Part shown: positions 17,030 to 35,490 of the stretch, in pieces
How the letters are laid out: every line of letters starts with the position of its first letter
Position numbering within the stretch: position 1 is the stretch's first letter
Source: the human T2T-CHM13v2.0 reference genome, Homo sapiens
DNA length: 64,000 nucleotides
Reading direction: 5' to 3' (one strand)
NCBI RefSeq assembly: GCF_009914755.1
Contig: NC_060936.1
Program-made: the position numbers and the translations under genes
Notes under the pieces: model-generated
What the model saw: only the letters and a program-made list of their open reading frames with translations
What the model was told of the DNA's origin: nothing
Database searches by the model: none

Positions 17030-17640
17030 AAACTACAATGAGATAATGCTACACAACCACCAGAATGTCGAAAATAAAAAAAGAGAAAATATTGGTAAGA
17101 ATATGGAGCAACAAGAATTTTTATACATTGCTGCTTAAGCTGAACAAACATATACTCCCTTTGAACCAACAAAATGCACATATATGTTTACCAAAAAACA
17201 GGTATAAGAATATTCACGATAGTATTAATCACAATAGCTCCAAACAGAAAGTTATCTAAATACTCATCAACAGTGAAAGAGATAATAAATTGTGATATAG
17301 TTAACAGAATCAGAATATTAAACAGCAATGAGAATGAAAAAACTATAAGCAACAAAACAGATGAATCTCAACAATGAATAAAAGAAGCCGAATGTGAAAG
17401 AATACAAAGTAGATGATTCAATTTATATCAAGGTCAAAGACAGGCAAAACTACACTGTCAGAAGTCAGAATAGTGACTATCTTTAAGGGATTGGAAAGGC
17501 CACAAGAGGGGCTCTGGATACCAGTTATGTATTTGCTTCTTGCACTTGTTAAATGATATTTTTTTAATTACTGAAAATTCATTCAGCAGTACACTTATGA
17601 TTGAGTACTTTTGAGTACATATATAGTTTAATATGTGTGT
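17030..17640 (+). mobile_element. Old L1 (L1MC/ME-type) 3' fragment
   Basis: aactacaatgagata...cacaatagctccaaac motifs typical of L1 3' regions. Confidence 0.6.
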
Positions 17641-17776
17641 CTGTGTATATAATTTTAAAAATCAAATCAACAGTTGTTACCAAATATAAATATTTTAGAT
17701 CAACTGTGAAAATGTTTTAATTGTCATATTTTTTACAGCCATCATAATACACATCTTACTATTTAATAAACTACAA

Positions 17777-18243
<467 letters not shown>

Positions 18244-18710
18244 AACTACACAGCATTAGGCATGGCAGTAACAGAATGACACAATTTTAAAGCTAAAAGA
18301 GACTTTGAAAATAATATAACCCAACTCATTCATTCATCATAGGGATTCAAAACTCAGGCTGAGAAATATTCAATGACTTGCTCAAAGTTGCAAAGCTAAT
18401 CTAACACTCATCAATTCACTCTCCACATGACCAGAAACTGCACTCTTAGGTATTTATCAAGAGAAAGAAATATTATGTCCACACAAAAACCTTGTACATA
18501 TTCATAGCAGCATTATTCACAAGTGCCAAAAAGTGGAAACAACCTAAATGTCCATCAACTAATGAATGGATAGACAAAATGTGGTACAGCCATACGATGA
18601 AGTATTATTTAGCCAGGAAAAGAAATGAAGTACTGGTACATGTTATGACATGGATGAACCTCAAAATCATTATGCTAACTGGAAGAAGCCAGACATAAAA
18701 GATCGCATAT

Positions 18711-19092
18711 GGCCAGGCGAGGTGGTTCACGCCTGTAATCCCAGCACTTTGGGAGGCTGAGTCAGGCAGAATGCTTGAGCCAAGGAGCTCAAGACCAGCC
18801 TGGGCAACATAGCAAAACCCCTATCAAAAAATTACAAAAATTTAGCGAGGCACGGTGGCACATGCCTGTAGTCCCAGCTAATCCAGTGGCTCAGGCAGGA
18901 GGATCACTTAAGCCCAGGGAGGTCGAAGCTGCAAGTAACCGTGATCTTGCCACTGCACACCACCCTGGGTGACAGAGCGAGACCTTGCCTCAAAAATAAA
19001 AATAAAAAAATTGGGGGGAAGACTGCTTGAGGCCAGGAGTTCAAGACCAGCGTGAGCAATATAATTAGACCCTGTCTAAAAAAGAAAAAAAA
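18711..19092 (+). mobile_element. AluJ dimer followed by an Alu monomer fragment (19011-19092)
   Basis: Full dimer, then gaagactgcttgaggccaggagttcaagacc...A tail; both lie inside one degenerate TSD (aaaagatcgcatat / aaaaaatcatatat). Confidence 0.85.
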
Positions 19093-19266
19093 ATCATATA
19101 TTGTGTGATTCCATCTATAAGAAATGTCCAGAACAGGCAGCTCCATAGAGACAGCAAGTAGACCAGTGGTTGCCAAGGACTGGAGTGGGGAATGAGTAGT
19201 GTGTGCTAATGAATATTGTGTTTCTTTGAGGGTTGATGAAAATGTTCTAAAATTAGATAGTAGTGA

Positions 19267-19629
<363 letters not shown>

Positions 19630-21329
19630 TAAAATTTTTAAAAAGAATTTCGTGATATGTGAATTGTATCTCAATAAAGCTGTTATTAAAGCAAGAAAAG
19701 TCCAGCTGAGTTTGCCTGGAGTTTTTTATAAAACGAATGGCTAAATGTGAAATATCTTAGATATAATAGATAGCATCTGAAAACACTAAATAAAATATGA
19801 TTCCCAAACTGTGTTCTGAGATGCGAGATATTCCATGAAAAACAAAAGATAACAGCAATTGGATTTATTTGAAAACTTGCATAATAAAAACTATAAATTC
19901 TTTCACATGTGATAACTTGCATAAAACTGTGCCACCCAGAGAATGAGAATTGCATGGAGGCAGGGGCCTGTTTTGTTCACCCCTGCATCCTTAGCACCTA
20001 ATACAGCACCTGGCACACCGTAGATGCTCAACTGTATTTACCAAATGAAAACACAATGTTCTCGCTGCAGACTGAGGCAGAGGCAGCATTGACCAACTAA
20101 CCATTACCTTAATGCAGATTAAAATGTATAAACTTCAGCAAATATTTATAACATTTGGTTCTTTTGTTTTTAATAAAGTAAAATCATTTACTTCTCTCTT
20201 CCTGTTCCAAGCAAAATGGAGAAAAACGATATTACTCGAAGTCTTTTTGCCATTTATTTTAATCTAAACCTCACTTTATCTTATGAGCTCCTGATGGTGT
20301 TCTGCCTGAGCATAATAACCTTTAGAAAGGCAATAATTCATAATTTCTGGAAACAAAATAAAAAACAAGTAGAGACATTTATTTTTGAAATTCTAGAAAA
20401 ATTTAACAGAGAAAACAGATGAATTGCTCATAGAAGTGAAAAATTCAAACTCAAAGAATAAACTAAACTAAAACTGCCTAAAATAGAAATTTTATATAAC
20501 ACTGGAGTGAATGTAGGTCATTGGCTGAGCAGCTTTTCTCCCTTGGGACTAAGCTGACCTGCACCAAGTTACAACAAACACAGTGTTAACTACTTGCATC
20601 ATTTTTCACTCCCAAGCATTTTACTTATAAAAGTGCAAGCATTTCATAGAGTTGTTCAGAACAACATTACCAACTAAAAATAGCAATTGGTGTTTTAAGG
20701 AGCTCTCTTATGGTAAAGAGGTGTATGCTGGCTTTTACTAATGGGATACTTTTCATGCAATAAAATTGTGGGAACTGATTTTTGAAGGCTTTGAAAATTC
20801 TGAACATTGCTTTTTATACCTATCTTCAAGATAAGGTGATTAGAAAAACAAAGGAAGTGTAAAACTTTTGTTTAAAACATGTTTAGCTTTGGTGTTGTAA
20901 AATTCCCTTTGAGATCCACACATATCTGTAGGAAGTAGGTTTTAAAAGATGGAGTGAAAATGCATTCATTTATATACGGAAGCACTGAGGCAAGGAAAGG
21001 AGAAATCAACTTCCTCTAAGTATGTGCATCACAAAACGAGGGACCCCTGCAGAGTAAACACAACTACAACTGTTGTCCCAGGATACAGACCAGAGCTGGA
21101 AAACGCAAAGGATTTCTGATCTAAGACACAGATTAGCTTAGAAAAATAAAGAAAATAAATTTAGGAAATTAAAACATTAAAAACTAAAAGGGATACATTT
21201 ATTATTGCCTAAAGTCCTACATAAAAAAAACAGTAAGAATTTGCTTGCCTCTCTTCTCAAAAATGTTTTAAAGTTCAGAGAAGTATCTCCTCTATTTAAA
21301 CCTAAGAGTTAAAGAAACCTGCCAACTCG

Positions 21330-21619
21330 TTTTTATTCCCCCCTGAGACAGGGTCTTGCTCTCCAGGCGGAAGTGGTTATGTGATCACAGCTCACTGCCA
21401 TCTCAAACTCCTGGGCTCAAGTGATCCTTCCACCTCAGCCTCCCAAACAGCCAGGACTACCGGCACACATCACACCTGGATAATTTTTAAAAGAAAATTT
21501 GTAGAGATGGGGTCTTGCTATGTTGCCCAGTGTGGTCTCAAACTCCTAGGCTTAAGCAATCCTCCCACCTCAGCCTCCGAAAGTGCTAAGACTACAGGTG
21601 TGAGCCAACACATCCAGCC
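21330..21619 (-). mobile_element. AluJ
   Basis: gagacagggtcttgct...ctcaaactcctgggctcaag. Confidence 0.9.
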
Positions 21620-21721
21620 TAGCAACTCTTATATCAATGTAGAAGACCAACTAAGCAACCAGCCAATCTCTGGGTTAGATAAAATACCTCTTCTAGCTTG
21701 CATTTTAGTATAAATTTTCTA

Positions 21722-21934
<213 letters not shown>

Positions 21935-22931
21935 CTAAAGACACAAATACAAAAAAAAAACAAAAACCAAAAACCTAGAAACTGAGATCTAACACACTAA
22001 CAAGCAAGCTGAAAAAGGAAACGGCATGAATTCCTTACCACAATGGGGAGAGGTAACCTCAGCCTTAAAATATATCTGTGCCACACATAATATAATTAAA
22101 TCCTAATTCCTTCCGCTGACATAAAATTCTCTATCACCAGCAATTTCAAAAGATGTACGATTATGTTGGTCAAGTTATACTGTCACTTAGAAACTACCAT
22201 GTTCCCATTTTAGGGGTAAGATCTCAATTTATTACAGGTATTACCATGGCCCCAAAATTTTATTATATTTCTTTTTATAATTACACAGTGTGTATGGCAT
22301 TTTTTGGAATTATTACCTAATCATTTAGGATACAGACTTCAAAACAATGGAAAACTATCAGCAATGTACTCTGATAACTTTAATTTCAATCTTTTAATTT
22401 TACAAGATAGCTTCAGTTAAAGTGACATTAAAACGAAACCCAAACATCCGAAGCATTGTTTTTCATCTATATAGAATTTTTTAAAAAATCATTACACTAT
22501 AAAGCTGTCAAAGGTGCAGTGAAAATAAGCATACTCATTCACTGATGAAAGGAAATAAGTGTAACCTCTTTTGGAATGGAATTTGGCAATATTTGTCAGC
22601 ATCTAAGAATCCATGTTAAAAATGACCTGAAATGTGAAAAATAAGATTATACATAAACGTGTCCTATGGCTTTATTTATAACAGTAAAGAAGTGGAGATA
22701 TAGGAATGACTATGGAAAATATGCAGTCATTAAAAATGTTGCTTGTAAGAATTTAAATAATATGAAAATGTGTTAATGAATAACATTAGGTAGAAAATAA
22801 GTTATATTAAAAGTATGATCTCAACTGTGTAAACAAAAATAGAGAAACAAGCTAGAAATACACCAAAATGGTTATGGTGGTTGAATGTAAAAGACGGAAT
22901 TATGACTATTTTTCTTTTATACTTTCATGTA

Positions 22932-23281
22932 CAGGTTGAATATCCCTAATCAAAAAATCTGAAATCCAAAATGCACCAAAACCCAAAACTTTTGGAATGC
23001 CAATAAAACGCCACAAGTGGAAAATTCCGTTATCAGACCTCATGTGATGTATTGCAGTCAAAATTTAATCAAAACTTTGTATAAAGCACAACATGACCAA
23101 AAATATTGTATAAAATTACCTTCAGGTTATGTGTGTAAGGTGTATATGAAACATAAATAAATTTTATGTTTAGACTTGGGCCCACTGCAAAGGTCTCCCA
23201 TTATATATATGCAAATATTCCAAAATCGGAAATCCAAAACACTCTGGTTCCTAGTATTTTGGTTAGGGGATAATTAACCTG
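22932..23281 (+). mobile_element. Tigger4/MER46-like TcMar MITE
   Basis: TIRs caggttgaatatccctaa and ttagggataattaacctg with TA TSD. Confidence 0.85.
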
Positions 23282-23379
23282 TACTTCCATTTTTTAAGAA
23301 AAATCATAGGCCTGTATTTATTTTCATAACAACAAAAATAACAACATCAAAAGTAAATAATAAACTTGCAAACAGTAAC

Positions 23380-23599
23380 CTGGAGAATGAAAGAATTTCT
23401 CATATGCTCAGGTAAATTATCCAGCATTTCTGTGTAGCAGCGCATCAAGCTCAACAGCCAAAAGTTCCCAGAAGTGGAGTCCTCCTCTGCAGCATACGTG
23501 AACGGGTCCACCATGTAAATGACAACAGCTGGAGGGTGGGCATGGCTGTCTGCAGAGTCAGGCTCCGTGGGAATTCCTATTCTCTCCCTTTCTGTAACA
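23380..23599 (-). CDS. MED13L: MED13L exon 22 ([10 protein letters not shown]...VVIYMVDPF...FILQ)
   Basis: ctccag acceptor, CAG|gttact donor; 220 nt. Confidence 0.96.
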
Positions 23600-24099
23600 C
23601 TGGAGAGAGAGTCACTTGTGAGATGCACAAAATAAATACAAATTACACGAACATGAAAAACAAAAGGGCTCAATTCTAGAGCACACAGGCTCCCTAAAGA
23701 ATGTTTACAGATTAAAGGTAAGAGTAACATTTATCACCTTACCAAAATACAGGCAAACCAAGCCAGAGAGCATCGAGGGCAGATGGAAAATGGCAATGTA
23801 CTCCTCTAAAATGGGAGGTATCTTTTTCAACTCCCCTTTCTTTTCTGTGGTTATGTTGTACAAAGTTGTTACTAATTAAGTTGATAGTAAGTAAGTTTAA
23901 TAATAAAGTTTATAATTCATAATAATTTATAAGAAGTCTCAAATTTTTAACACTGCAGCTTTAGATCGACCATTGCCCCTTTCTTTTGAGAAGAGAAATA
24001 GAGCACTTCATAGGATTCACAGAATCATGAGGTCAAGGGAGAAAAGGTGCAGAAGAAGAAGAGAGAAAGGGTCTGAGCTGAAGCCACTCATCTCAATTA

Positions 24100-24564
<465 letters not shown>

Positions 24565-25131
24565 TTAGTGATATTCTGCAGTGTCGGACTGAACCAGAAT
24601 CTAGAATGGTCACTTGTAAAAACATTATGCTTTCAGGCTGCAATACTCTGATTACAATACCCAAAATACTATCTCCACAGTCATGCTTATGTATTCTGCA
24701 AACATGGAGATGCACATGGAGCAACTTATAAATTCTACAGTAGAGGCTTGTTTGAAAAGAGAAAATCAATCACTTGTGATAGTCTCCTTTCAGACTGATT
24801 CCATGTGCCTGCCCTAAAAAATGAGAAGCTATATATTCCACAGTCATCATGGGACATTATGCTCCTAGGTTTACAAGCTTCTAAGATTCTCTTCAGAATA
24901 TGGGTTAAAACTAAGCAGCTAATACCAAGTCATGCTGCTAAGTTTTCAAAATGTGCAGTAATTAGACATGATTAGGCAACTTTGAATAGTTTTTAAAAAA
25001 TATATGTCCATATAGAAATTAGCATTAAACTGCCCAGAACACCAAACTGGACCTTAACAAATACAGCATTACTTGAGACAAAAGAAATATAATGTTGCAT
25101 CTATAAAAGAAGGGATGGGACGGATTTGCTA

Positions 25132-25374
<243 letters not shown>

Positions 25375-27246
25375 TCATAGACAAGATCATTAGTTATAAC
25401 AGGAGCCATTCCTTCATTCAGTACCAATGGTTAGCAAGGGAGATTCTTTAACATACATATGGAAGCATTTTCCTTTTTCTTTTAGGGTTATCACATGCAA
25501 TCAAACCAACATTACAAGTTGGTCCTTTCAGGTAATTGTAATGTACCCTTAAATTGCTATCTGTCTCTCTAAAACTTGGACTAGGCTCTCTAAAAAAAAA
25601 AATGTTTCTTCACTCAAGCCAATTCCTCCTGTACAAGAGGAGGCTGCTGAACACTACCTGATTGCTAACGGACAAAGAATTAGCAGATTCCTGCCTACTG
25701 TTGCTAACTGAGACATATGCCCACTAAAATCTCCTAAGTAATCCCTACTCATAATATTTTCCCATAAGATAACATTAAAATTTTATGGGCCATCTGTTCT
25801 GTTACAGACATTTGGAGATCACCAATAGCAGGGGCCACTGAAGCAGTGAGTATGCTGATCGCCTTTTTTTTTTTTAAAGTAAATAGGACAAGGAGATTCT
25901 GCTATTAATCTCCATGACGCTAAATGGGTGCTTATGGCAGGGAATATAATAAACCTGCAAAAAGTAAACTACCTGTTCACCAGCAGGAGAGCCCGTATTA
26001 TTATCCCTTACTAGAGTAGATGAAGTGAAGGCTTACTAAGCCCCGACAAAATCCTCTAGTGTATACTCTTCCTAAGGAGGTATCAATTACTGCCGAATAA
26101 GCAACCCTAGTGAAGTCATTAAGAAAAATTTAAAAGAGTGTCTGTCTGTACCCTCTTAAAAAGATCTGGCAGTGCTTTTTACATTTTGTAACTTATGTTG
26201 AAGGTTCCATTCAAGGAAATGGCTGGGCTTTAAAACTGCTTACACAAATTTTCTGTTAATTATGATTTAATAGTATTATATATGCCCTGACCAGACACTG
26301 TTCAGAAATGAATGTATCCAAGGCAGTGACTTAATTGATGTCATTACATCATGTTAGCATCTCCTCATTTCTTTGTAGCAACAACGTAAATTTACTATTC
26401 CGTGCCTACTCATACATTTATAGATCATGAATGTCCTGTTTTGGAATATTTTGCAATTCAGCTTGGAATCTTATTTAAAAACCACTTTCATAATGTTTAC
26501 ATGCCTATCATAGTACTAAATATTTTACAGATATTAATTTCATTTTGCTGAATACAAAGACATTAGATGTATCAGATACAAAGAACTTAGTGCATATATA
26601 CTTTGGCATAAGAAATGTGGCACTTATTCTTCAAAGACAGACATGATTCTATTTTTTTTAAAGCAACAGGAATTCATATACTAAAGATGTAAAATTATCT
26701 GCCTGGTTTTTACATTATTATAGGAATTATATTTTTAATCAGTATCAAAGTTTCAGTATTAAGATGTCATGTTAAAACACAACAGGGACATTATTCATTA
26801 AACTTATGTTTCAATTCAGAAATTTGCAAAAGACACATTTTTACACTGTTGTCAGGAACTCTCACCTACTCACCCTGTCCCTCAATCCATCCAGTAAATA
26901 AATACAAAGAGTAGATGTGCTCTTTTGGTAAAGCTCATCTTCTACATAGCCACACTTTCCCCTGGTGAGCAATATTCTTCAACTTTTAGCACATAAATGG
27001 AGAAGAGAGAACTGATGGGATTTTAAGACGTGTGGTAAGAATGGGAGGGGAACGTTTTCTAAATCTAACAAATATAAAGCAAAGATGGGAAAGCAATTTG
27101 CTTCCAGAAAAATTGGCCAATTCAATTCTCTTCTTCATCCACCTGTTTGCAAATTTTCTCTGAGATTTACTTTCAAGACATTTGTCTTGAAATTTAGTCA
27201 TCACTATAAACAATCAGAGGATCCAAGTCATAAAAAGCAATTTTCA

Positions 27247-27567
<321 letters not shown>

Positions 27568-28054
27568 TTAATTCTGGCATCTGAAATGTCACTCCATGTT
27601 CACAAGACATTCTTAAAAGTATTTTTGAAATCATCTAATTAAATGGTCACTGATGAGGACTCTTAATTAAGTAAGTCAGAATTTGTTTATAAAGGTTCAG
27701 TAAGATCAGAGGGCAGACTAGAACAAGTTAAAATTAACTTTCCAAGCAGCACTACATCATTTCCTTCAAGATAAGCATTATGATTCTGACTATGATGAAG
27801 TAGACAGAACTGGCCCAGAAGTCCATCCAGATGAAAATGCAGTGAGGATTGGGAAGATGAGGAGAATCTAAAAAATGCACTTTTTAGGGATTAGCTTCCT
27901 CACTGACCTGGATTATGCCAAGGGTGGTAGGAAACTTGACTCCAAAAGTAACTTTAGGAAAACAAAGAGATTATAAAACTAAATGGTCAAAGAAAAAGAC
28001 TCCCCTATTTTGTTAGTGACGCAAGGACTTGACAGTAACTAACGCTGCTCTTCA

Positions 28055-28363
<309 letters not shown>

Positions 28364-30179
28364 TTATATTCAGAACAATGACGTTATTAGCTGTAGTAGA
28401 TTCTAAAATATTTGACTTAGGAGTCAGGAGGAAAGATATTCTTCTACTAAATTAGAGAAAATAATTGATAATTTAGTATCAACAATAATAAAAGGGGAAA
28501 TGGATTACTCTATATAAAAAAGTTTAATGGAAGAATTGTTTAAAAGTGGAAAAATGGATAGGTGCGACTTTTTAAAACCATGGAAATCTGTTTCCAAGGA
28601 TTTTCATAAGACAGCTGCAAAAGTTTCTTAATTATTACTTTTATTTGCAAATATCAATGTTTTGTTTATATGATAAGTAGGAAAAAATGGAACTTAAATA
28701 AAAGCTTTTAAAAACTCTTTAAATGCTCCTAATTGTAAAAATATTTTCACAAAATACAGAATGCATGAAGAGAAGGCCAATCTTCAGTGCAGCCAGAGGC
28801 ACAGGGAAACACAGCTGAAGCCCTCAAGGACCGAAGTCCGCTGCAGGCACGGATGGGATTCACTGCCTTCTAAATGCAGATGACTTTAGTCCCAGCAGTC
28901 GCCCTGGGGAGGGATTTCTAACCTAAAATTTGAAAGTTGTCTGAACTCCATGCAAAACTGTGCAAGCACGCTTGGACATACGTATTTTTTTCTCAGGATG
29001 GAGGGTTCATCATGCAAATCAGATTCTTAAAAAGGTCTGCAGAAAGAGCTAATGACGCTGGAGGTGATGTGGTGTGAATCTGCACAGCTGGATTCCTGAA
29101 GACTCTGCCTCCCTCTTACCCTTCTAGCTGATGAGGGAAGGGGCATGGAAAGAAATCTAAGATTTATCTGCCAACTAAATTTGAAACACAGGATGATTAA
29201 GGATTCTTAAGACATTTTCAAACGTGTCCCTAAATCAGTAAAACACAGGTTGCAAAGTGGTGGTCCACAGAATATTTTGTTAAACTTTGGAACAAATCAC
29301 TCCAGGAAATTTCACACACAAATCTAGATTGCCAGCTTCCCTTGAACTGGGAGACCCATATTCCTGCATAACCACCACTTGCTGGAGCTGAGGAGCAGCT
29401 GTCCCTCTCAGGCACCTCATGGCCCCTTCCCTGCTGTCTGTCCTGAGTCTGATGCAGTTTTCATTGCCTTTTATCTTCAGCCAGTGCTTCTTTTTACATA
29501 TAGTAAACAACAACAGTGAATACTTCTTGTATTAATGGCTCTATCAAAAGCAGGAAATCACAGACCAAGAGAACCACAGATTTGAGGAAACTAAAAGCAA
29601 GCACGTTTCTTATGAACCCTATTCCTGTGCCTGCAAAATAGAAAGTGAGTTTTGAAAAGACAGCTTAAGGCACTGCCTTTTGCAAATGTCTCCCATCACA
29701 TTCATTTACATTATCTGGTACTTTTAGGCATCTTAAAATTTGAAACCCAGACCTCCCCTGCAATAAAATGTCTTATTTTTCATCCTGAAAGACGACACCA
29801 CTGATTCATGCACACAGACTGCTTTTCTGTCCGAAGGCCTATCTAGTAAAAGGACTCACCCAAGCTGATCATCCACATTTCTTTAGGGGAAAGGCTGCAT
29901 TTTCTTCACTTCATAAATTCATTCAGTAGAAACTGATTAAGGGTCTGCTTAAGTATAAGGCACTGTGCTTGAACCTAAGCAGTTATACAAATGAGCATAA
30001 CCCTTTAATGCTTTCTTAGTCATCTCTACCTCCATGAAAGCTTCCTTGATTGGCCTAGTCAGAAAATACCCATCACTCCCCATACTCTACTGACCTCTGG
30101 ACATACTTTTAATTACTTCAGATTTCAAACTGTATTTAAGAAGCTTATATAACTTTCTTCCCTGCAAGACTGAGAGTTG

Positions 30180-31460
30180 TTCAGAAGCCGGGTTCGCACA
30201 TCATTCACACAACCCTTCCAGTCTGGCCTCTGCTCCCACCACTCTACAGAAACAGCTCTCACCACGGTCAGAAGACATGTTTAATCCTTATCTTAAAATC
30301 TTCACTTGCATTTTAATGCCTGTCAATCACTTCCTCTTTCTTGAAACACTGGCTACCCCTGGCTTCCAAAAGCCCCCTCTATGGTTCTTCCTTCTCTGCT
30401 TGATAGGCTCACGCTTCTCTGCCTCACCTATACCCGTCAGAATGTAGCTAAGCTCTACCAGGTCCTCTTCTCGTCTATACTTTTCTCCTCCTCCTCAATG
30501 AGCTCATCTGTGCCCCCTTAATTGAAGTTATCACCTATATGCCAATCACTCCCTCTCCCCTGAGCAAAAGGCCCAAGAGTCTACTTGATACCTCTACCTG
30601 GATATATCAAAAGGGATCTTTAAAACTTCCAAACTTCCACAACTCAATTTATAAACTTTCTCTCCAGATATAGTCTTATCTTTGAACACCACTGACTATC
30701 CAGGTATACAAGTAACAAATCTGGGACTCCTCAACATCTCTCTTTCCCTTATCCCCAAAACTCAACTCACTATTGAGTCCTGCAATAATATTTCTTCTCC
30801 ACCTTCTTCACAAGGACACTAAGGCAAGCTATTGTTTCTTACTAGGTCTTCCTCACTAACCTCCTTGTCTCCCCAAATCCATTCCTGCCACTTTCTAATC
30901 CATACCCAGAATTATAGCCAGTGCACATTGTTATTTTTCCTTTTTAACTACACAAATCTGACATCAGTGCTTCTTCTTAAAACCTTTCAATGACTTTGTA
31001 TTGCTTTTTGCAGGAAGACCCAACCCCTAGCATGCCTCTAAAGAGTCACTGTAATCTAGCCCCTGCATGCTTCTAACCTCGCGTCAGTTTCTAAAGGCCC
31101 CAAGCTCCATACAACCAAGGGCCTTCCCACTTGCAGCACCTCCTGTCTGGGACACATGCCTCGCTCCCCATTCTCCTTCCTCAGTTAATGTGTACTCATC
31201 ATTGAGATCTCTGAGCAAATGTTACTACTTCTACAACGAAGTCTTCTCTGACCTTCAGCCTAGAGTGCCCCGTCTATCCCATGCTTTTATCACTTATAAA
31301 ATGGGTTGTAATAATATGCGTGCTTGTGTAATTATTTAATTGATGTCCACTTCCAGAATAGATTAGAAAGTCCATGAGGGTAAGTGCCTTGTTTCTTTCA
31401 GTAACCATTTTATCCCCCATGATGCATTGCAGTTTAGGCAGTGAATGAGTAAGAAAAGGA
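30180..31460 (+). mobile_element. L2 3' fragment
   Basis: ccagtctggcctctgctcccaccactctacagaaacagctctcacc L2 motif; pyrimidine-rich body; gaatga-type tail. Confidence 0.75.
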
Positions 31461-31959
31461 AACAGCAAGTTGCTTGGCACTCTTACAGCCCAACTTCACT
31501 GGAGCTTTTAATAATACAACCAGTTATATGCCCCAGTAACCACAATGCAAAGTAAAATGTGATTTTGTTATAAGTGATACAACAAAGGGGGAAAACAGAG
31601 AAGGGAGAAGAGACTCTGGAAATGGCTAGAAGGCTTCATGGAAGAGGTTCCTTGGAAACTTGATCTGGAAGAATGGTGGATTTAAGCATGCAAGAGTGTG
31701 CAAATTATCAGTCTGTAAGCTCCTGACGACTCTGATACTCAGCGGTCACAGGTTCCCAACATAGACTGCTTACTTATGAGTTACAAGAGGAAAATTTCAG
31801 AAAACAATTACTCTTCTCCAAAGGCATTTCAATATAAAACATTCTCCCAGTCCATAAGTTTAGGATAAAATCAATACAGCTCTCACTTTAGGTTCTTTTT
31901 TTTCCCCCGAAAGACATGAAATTAAAATTTTTTGTCAAATACAGTAAAGAAAGCTTTTA

Positions 31960-33087
<1,128 letters not shown>

Positions 33088-33916
33088 TTAAGTTTCTCTT
33101 AAAAAAAAAAAAGAAGATACAAAGGTCAGTGCAGTGTGTAGAGAAGAAGAAAGTAAGGTATGAAGAATAATTCAACACAGCACTTTCCTTCTACTTATTC
33201 CACATATAAGCATCCTCATCCTAACCTCTTGAAGGAACTTTTACTATTTTTATAAGAAAACATGGTACTGGGTTTGGTCAATGTAATTTGAAAAGTTAAC
33301 TACTAAATGGAACTTCAACCATAAGTGCAGACACTAAATTAGCTAGAGGACCATAGGATGAAATTTCCATCTAATTTGCAATTACATTTTTGTCATTTTT
33401 TTTTTTGAAATTCAAAGTCTGCCAGTGTACTTGTTCTCTGAGGCTATAATCTATATATCATATCAAAGTAGTTATAATCAAATACACATGAAAATTTAAC
33501 ATTTTTCTAATTTTCAAAATGCAGCCCTATCTAGGCTTACATTTTTATAGTAATGAGTGACCATGAGGGAATTATATTTTAGGTAGCCCATTTACCAGTA
33601 CTATACTACAACTGATAGAAATATTACATATGCGGCTAAGAGGCCTCAGTATTAATTAGGTGGTTGCACAGAAGTACACATACTGTATCAGAGTTTCCAG
33701 CTTCCAGCAGCTTTCTGTGGGGTGGTAAGCACTTCATTTTTCACTTTTCAATATGGTATGCATTGCATATAGTGTAATTATTTTAGTTGCCCAAGACTGA
33801 CTGGGCTATGTTATCTACTTTCTCATAAGCAGTGACTTCTTTTTGGAACAGCTAGGCAGAAAACACTGTCTGCAAGGTTCTGCTGTTTCATTATCATAAA
33901 ACATTTTCTTGATATA

Positions 33917-34235
33917 CAGTTGGCCCTCTATAGCCACAAGTTCCACATCTGTGGATTCAGCCATATACAGATGGAAAATCAAAATAAAAATACAATTAAA
34001 AAAAAAACAACAGTTAAAAAACACAAATCAAAACAGTAAAGTACAACATTTATATAGCATTTACATTGTATTAGGCATTACAAGTAATCCAGAGATGACT
34101 TAAGGTATACAGAGGGATTTGTGTAAATTACAAGGAAATACTCTGCCATTTTATATAGGGTACTTGAGCATCTTCAGATTTTGGTATCCGAGGGGGTCCT
34201 GGAATCAATCCCCCAAGGATACCAAGGGACAACTG
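33917..34235 (+). mobile_element. MER2-like TcMar-Tigger MITE
   Basis: TIRs cagttggccctc and agggacaactg with TA TSD. Confidence 0.85.
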
Positions 34236-34996
34236 TACTTTCTTAGATGTATATGTATATTAGCATATGAGTCCATTCTTCCTACTTAGAAGGTATCAAA
34301 AGAATATTTTTAAAATTTTTTAATATCCTTTTATATATATTAATACTGTACTTAAACTAATGCTCCTCCAATAAACTACATATTCAGTTACTTATAATGT
34401 GAAAGAAGCACGTCATAAAGAAATGTCTCTTCAAATAATTTCCTTGTGATTTTTAATTAGCTATGCCTAAACTACCAGCCTAAAAGTCCAAATCAGGCAC
34501 TGTAAAGAAATATTAAATCTGAGGCACAGTGGTATCTTTGAGTACAGATAAAAAAAAAAAAATGACCCAGAAAACTTGATTGGCAATCACTGCTCTCTTA
34601 GAGACCAAAATAGTTAAGTGTGTAATAACGATCTTTACTCTAACTGGACTCCTTTCAAATTCTCCTGTTCAACAAAACCCTAAAATTATTACGCAGTTCA
34701 GATCAGAAAAGGAACTATGAGTACTAACTGAAAACCTAAAGAATTAAATTGCTCCCTGGGTAGTAAGAATGGTTTATCTTGTAATCTGATTTTTCCCATT
34801 TAATAAAAATGAACTGAGTAGCAACCCTACGCTAGAAGCTGGATAGTCAAAAGTGAAAAAGAGAAACAAAAGGTGGCTCATAAGCAAGTATGGCAGACAT
34901 GAAGCAAATGATTGCAGGGGTATTGCATGTGACAAAGGAGGAGTCCAGGGTGATGGCGAGCAGAGACCACAGCAGGATTACACATATGCTGGAAAC

Positions 34997-35145
34997 ATAC
35001 TGTCCAATAAGGTAGCCACCAGTCCCCATGTCCTAAATTTAAATTAATTAACATAAAACAATTCAGTCTTGGTCTCACTAGCCACATTTCAAGTGGTCAA
35101 CACCTGCAGCAGGAAGCTGATGACTGCCATAGTGGACAGTGCAGA
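34997..35145. mobile_element. MER3/MER33-like hAT fragment
   Basis: ctgtccaataaggtagccac...ctagccacatttcaagtg...tggacagtgc. Confidence 0.65.
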
Positions 35146-35160
35146 CAGGAATCACCTACA

Positions 35161-35490
35161 TGCCAGGTGCAGTAGCTCATGCCTATAATCCCAACACTTT
35201 AGGAGGCCGAGGCAGGAGAAACACTTGAACCCAGGAGTTCAGGACCAGTGTCGGCAACACAGGGAGACACAAACTCTACAACAAAATTTCATAAAAATTA
35301 GCTGGGTGTGGTGGCACGTGCCTGTAGTCCCAGCTACTCAGGAGGCTGATGTGGGAGGATCACTTGAGCCCAGGAGGTCAAGGCTGCAGTGAGCTGTGAT
35401 TGTGCCACTGTACTCCAGCCCAGGTGACAGAGCGAGACCCTGTCTCCAAAAAACCCCCCCAAAAAACAAAAACAAAAACAAAAACAAAAC
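35161..35490 (+). mobile_element. AluJ, full length
   Basis: Dimer with a (caaaaa)n tail. Confidence 0.92.

Noticed and set aside
18492-18698. ORF resembling the L1 ORF2p C-terminus
   Set aside because: Short remnant of a fragmented, Alu-interrupted old L1.
25650-25975. Cryptic splice signals in intron 19 (and similar ones at 20108-20348 in intron 23)
   Set aside because: Motifs are present, but the donor-acceptor pairings are ambiguous and not distinguishable from background without scores or reads.
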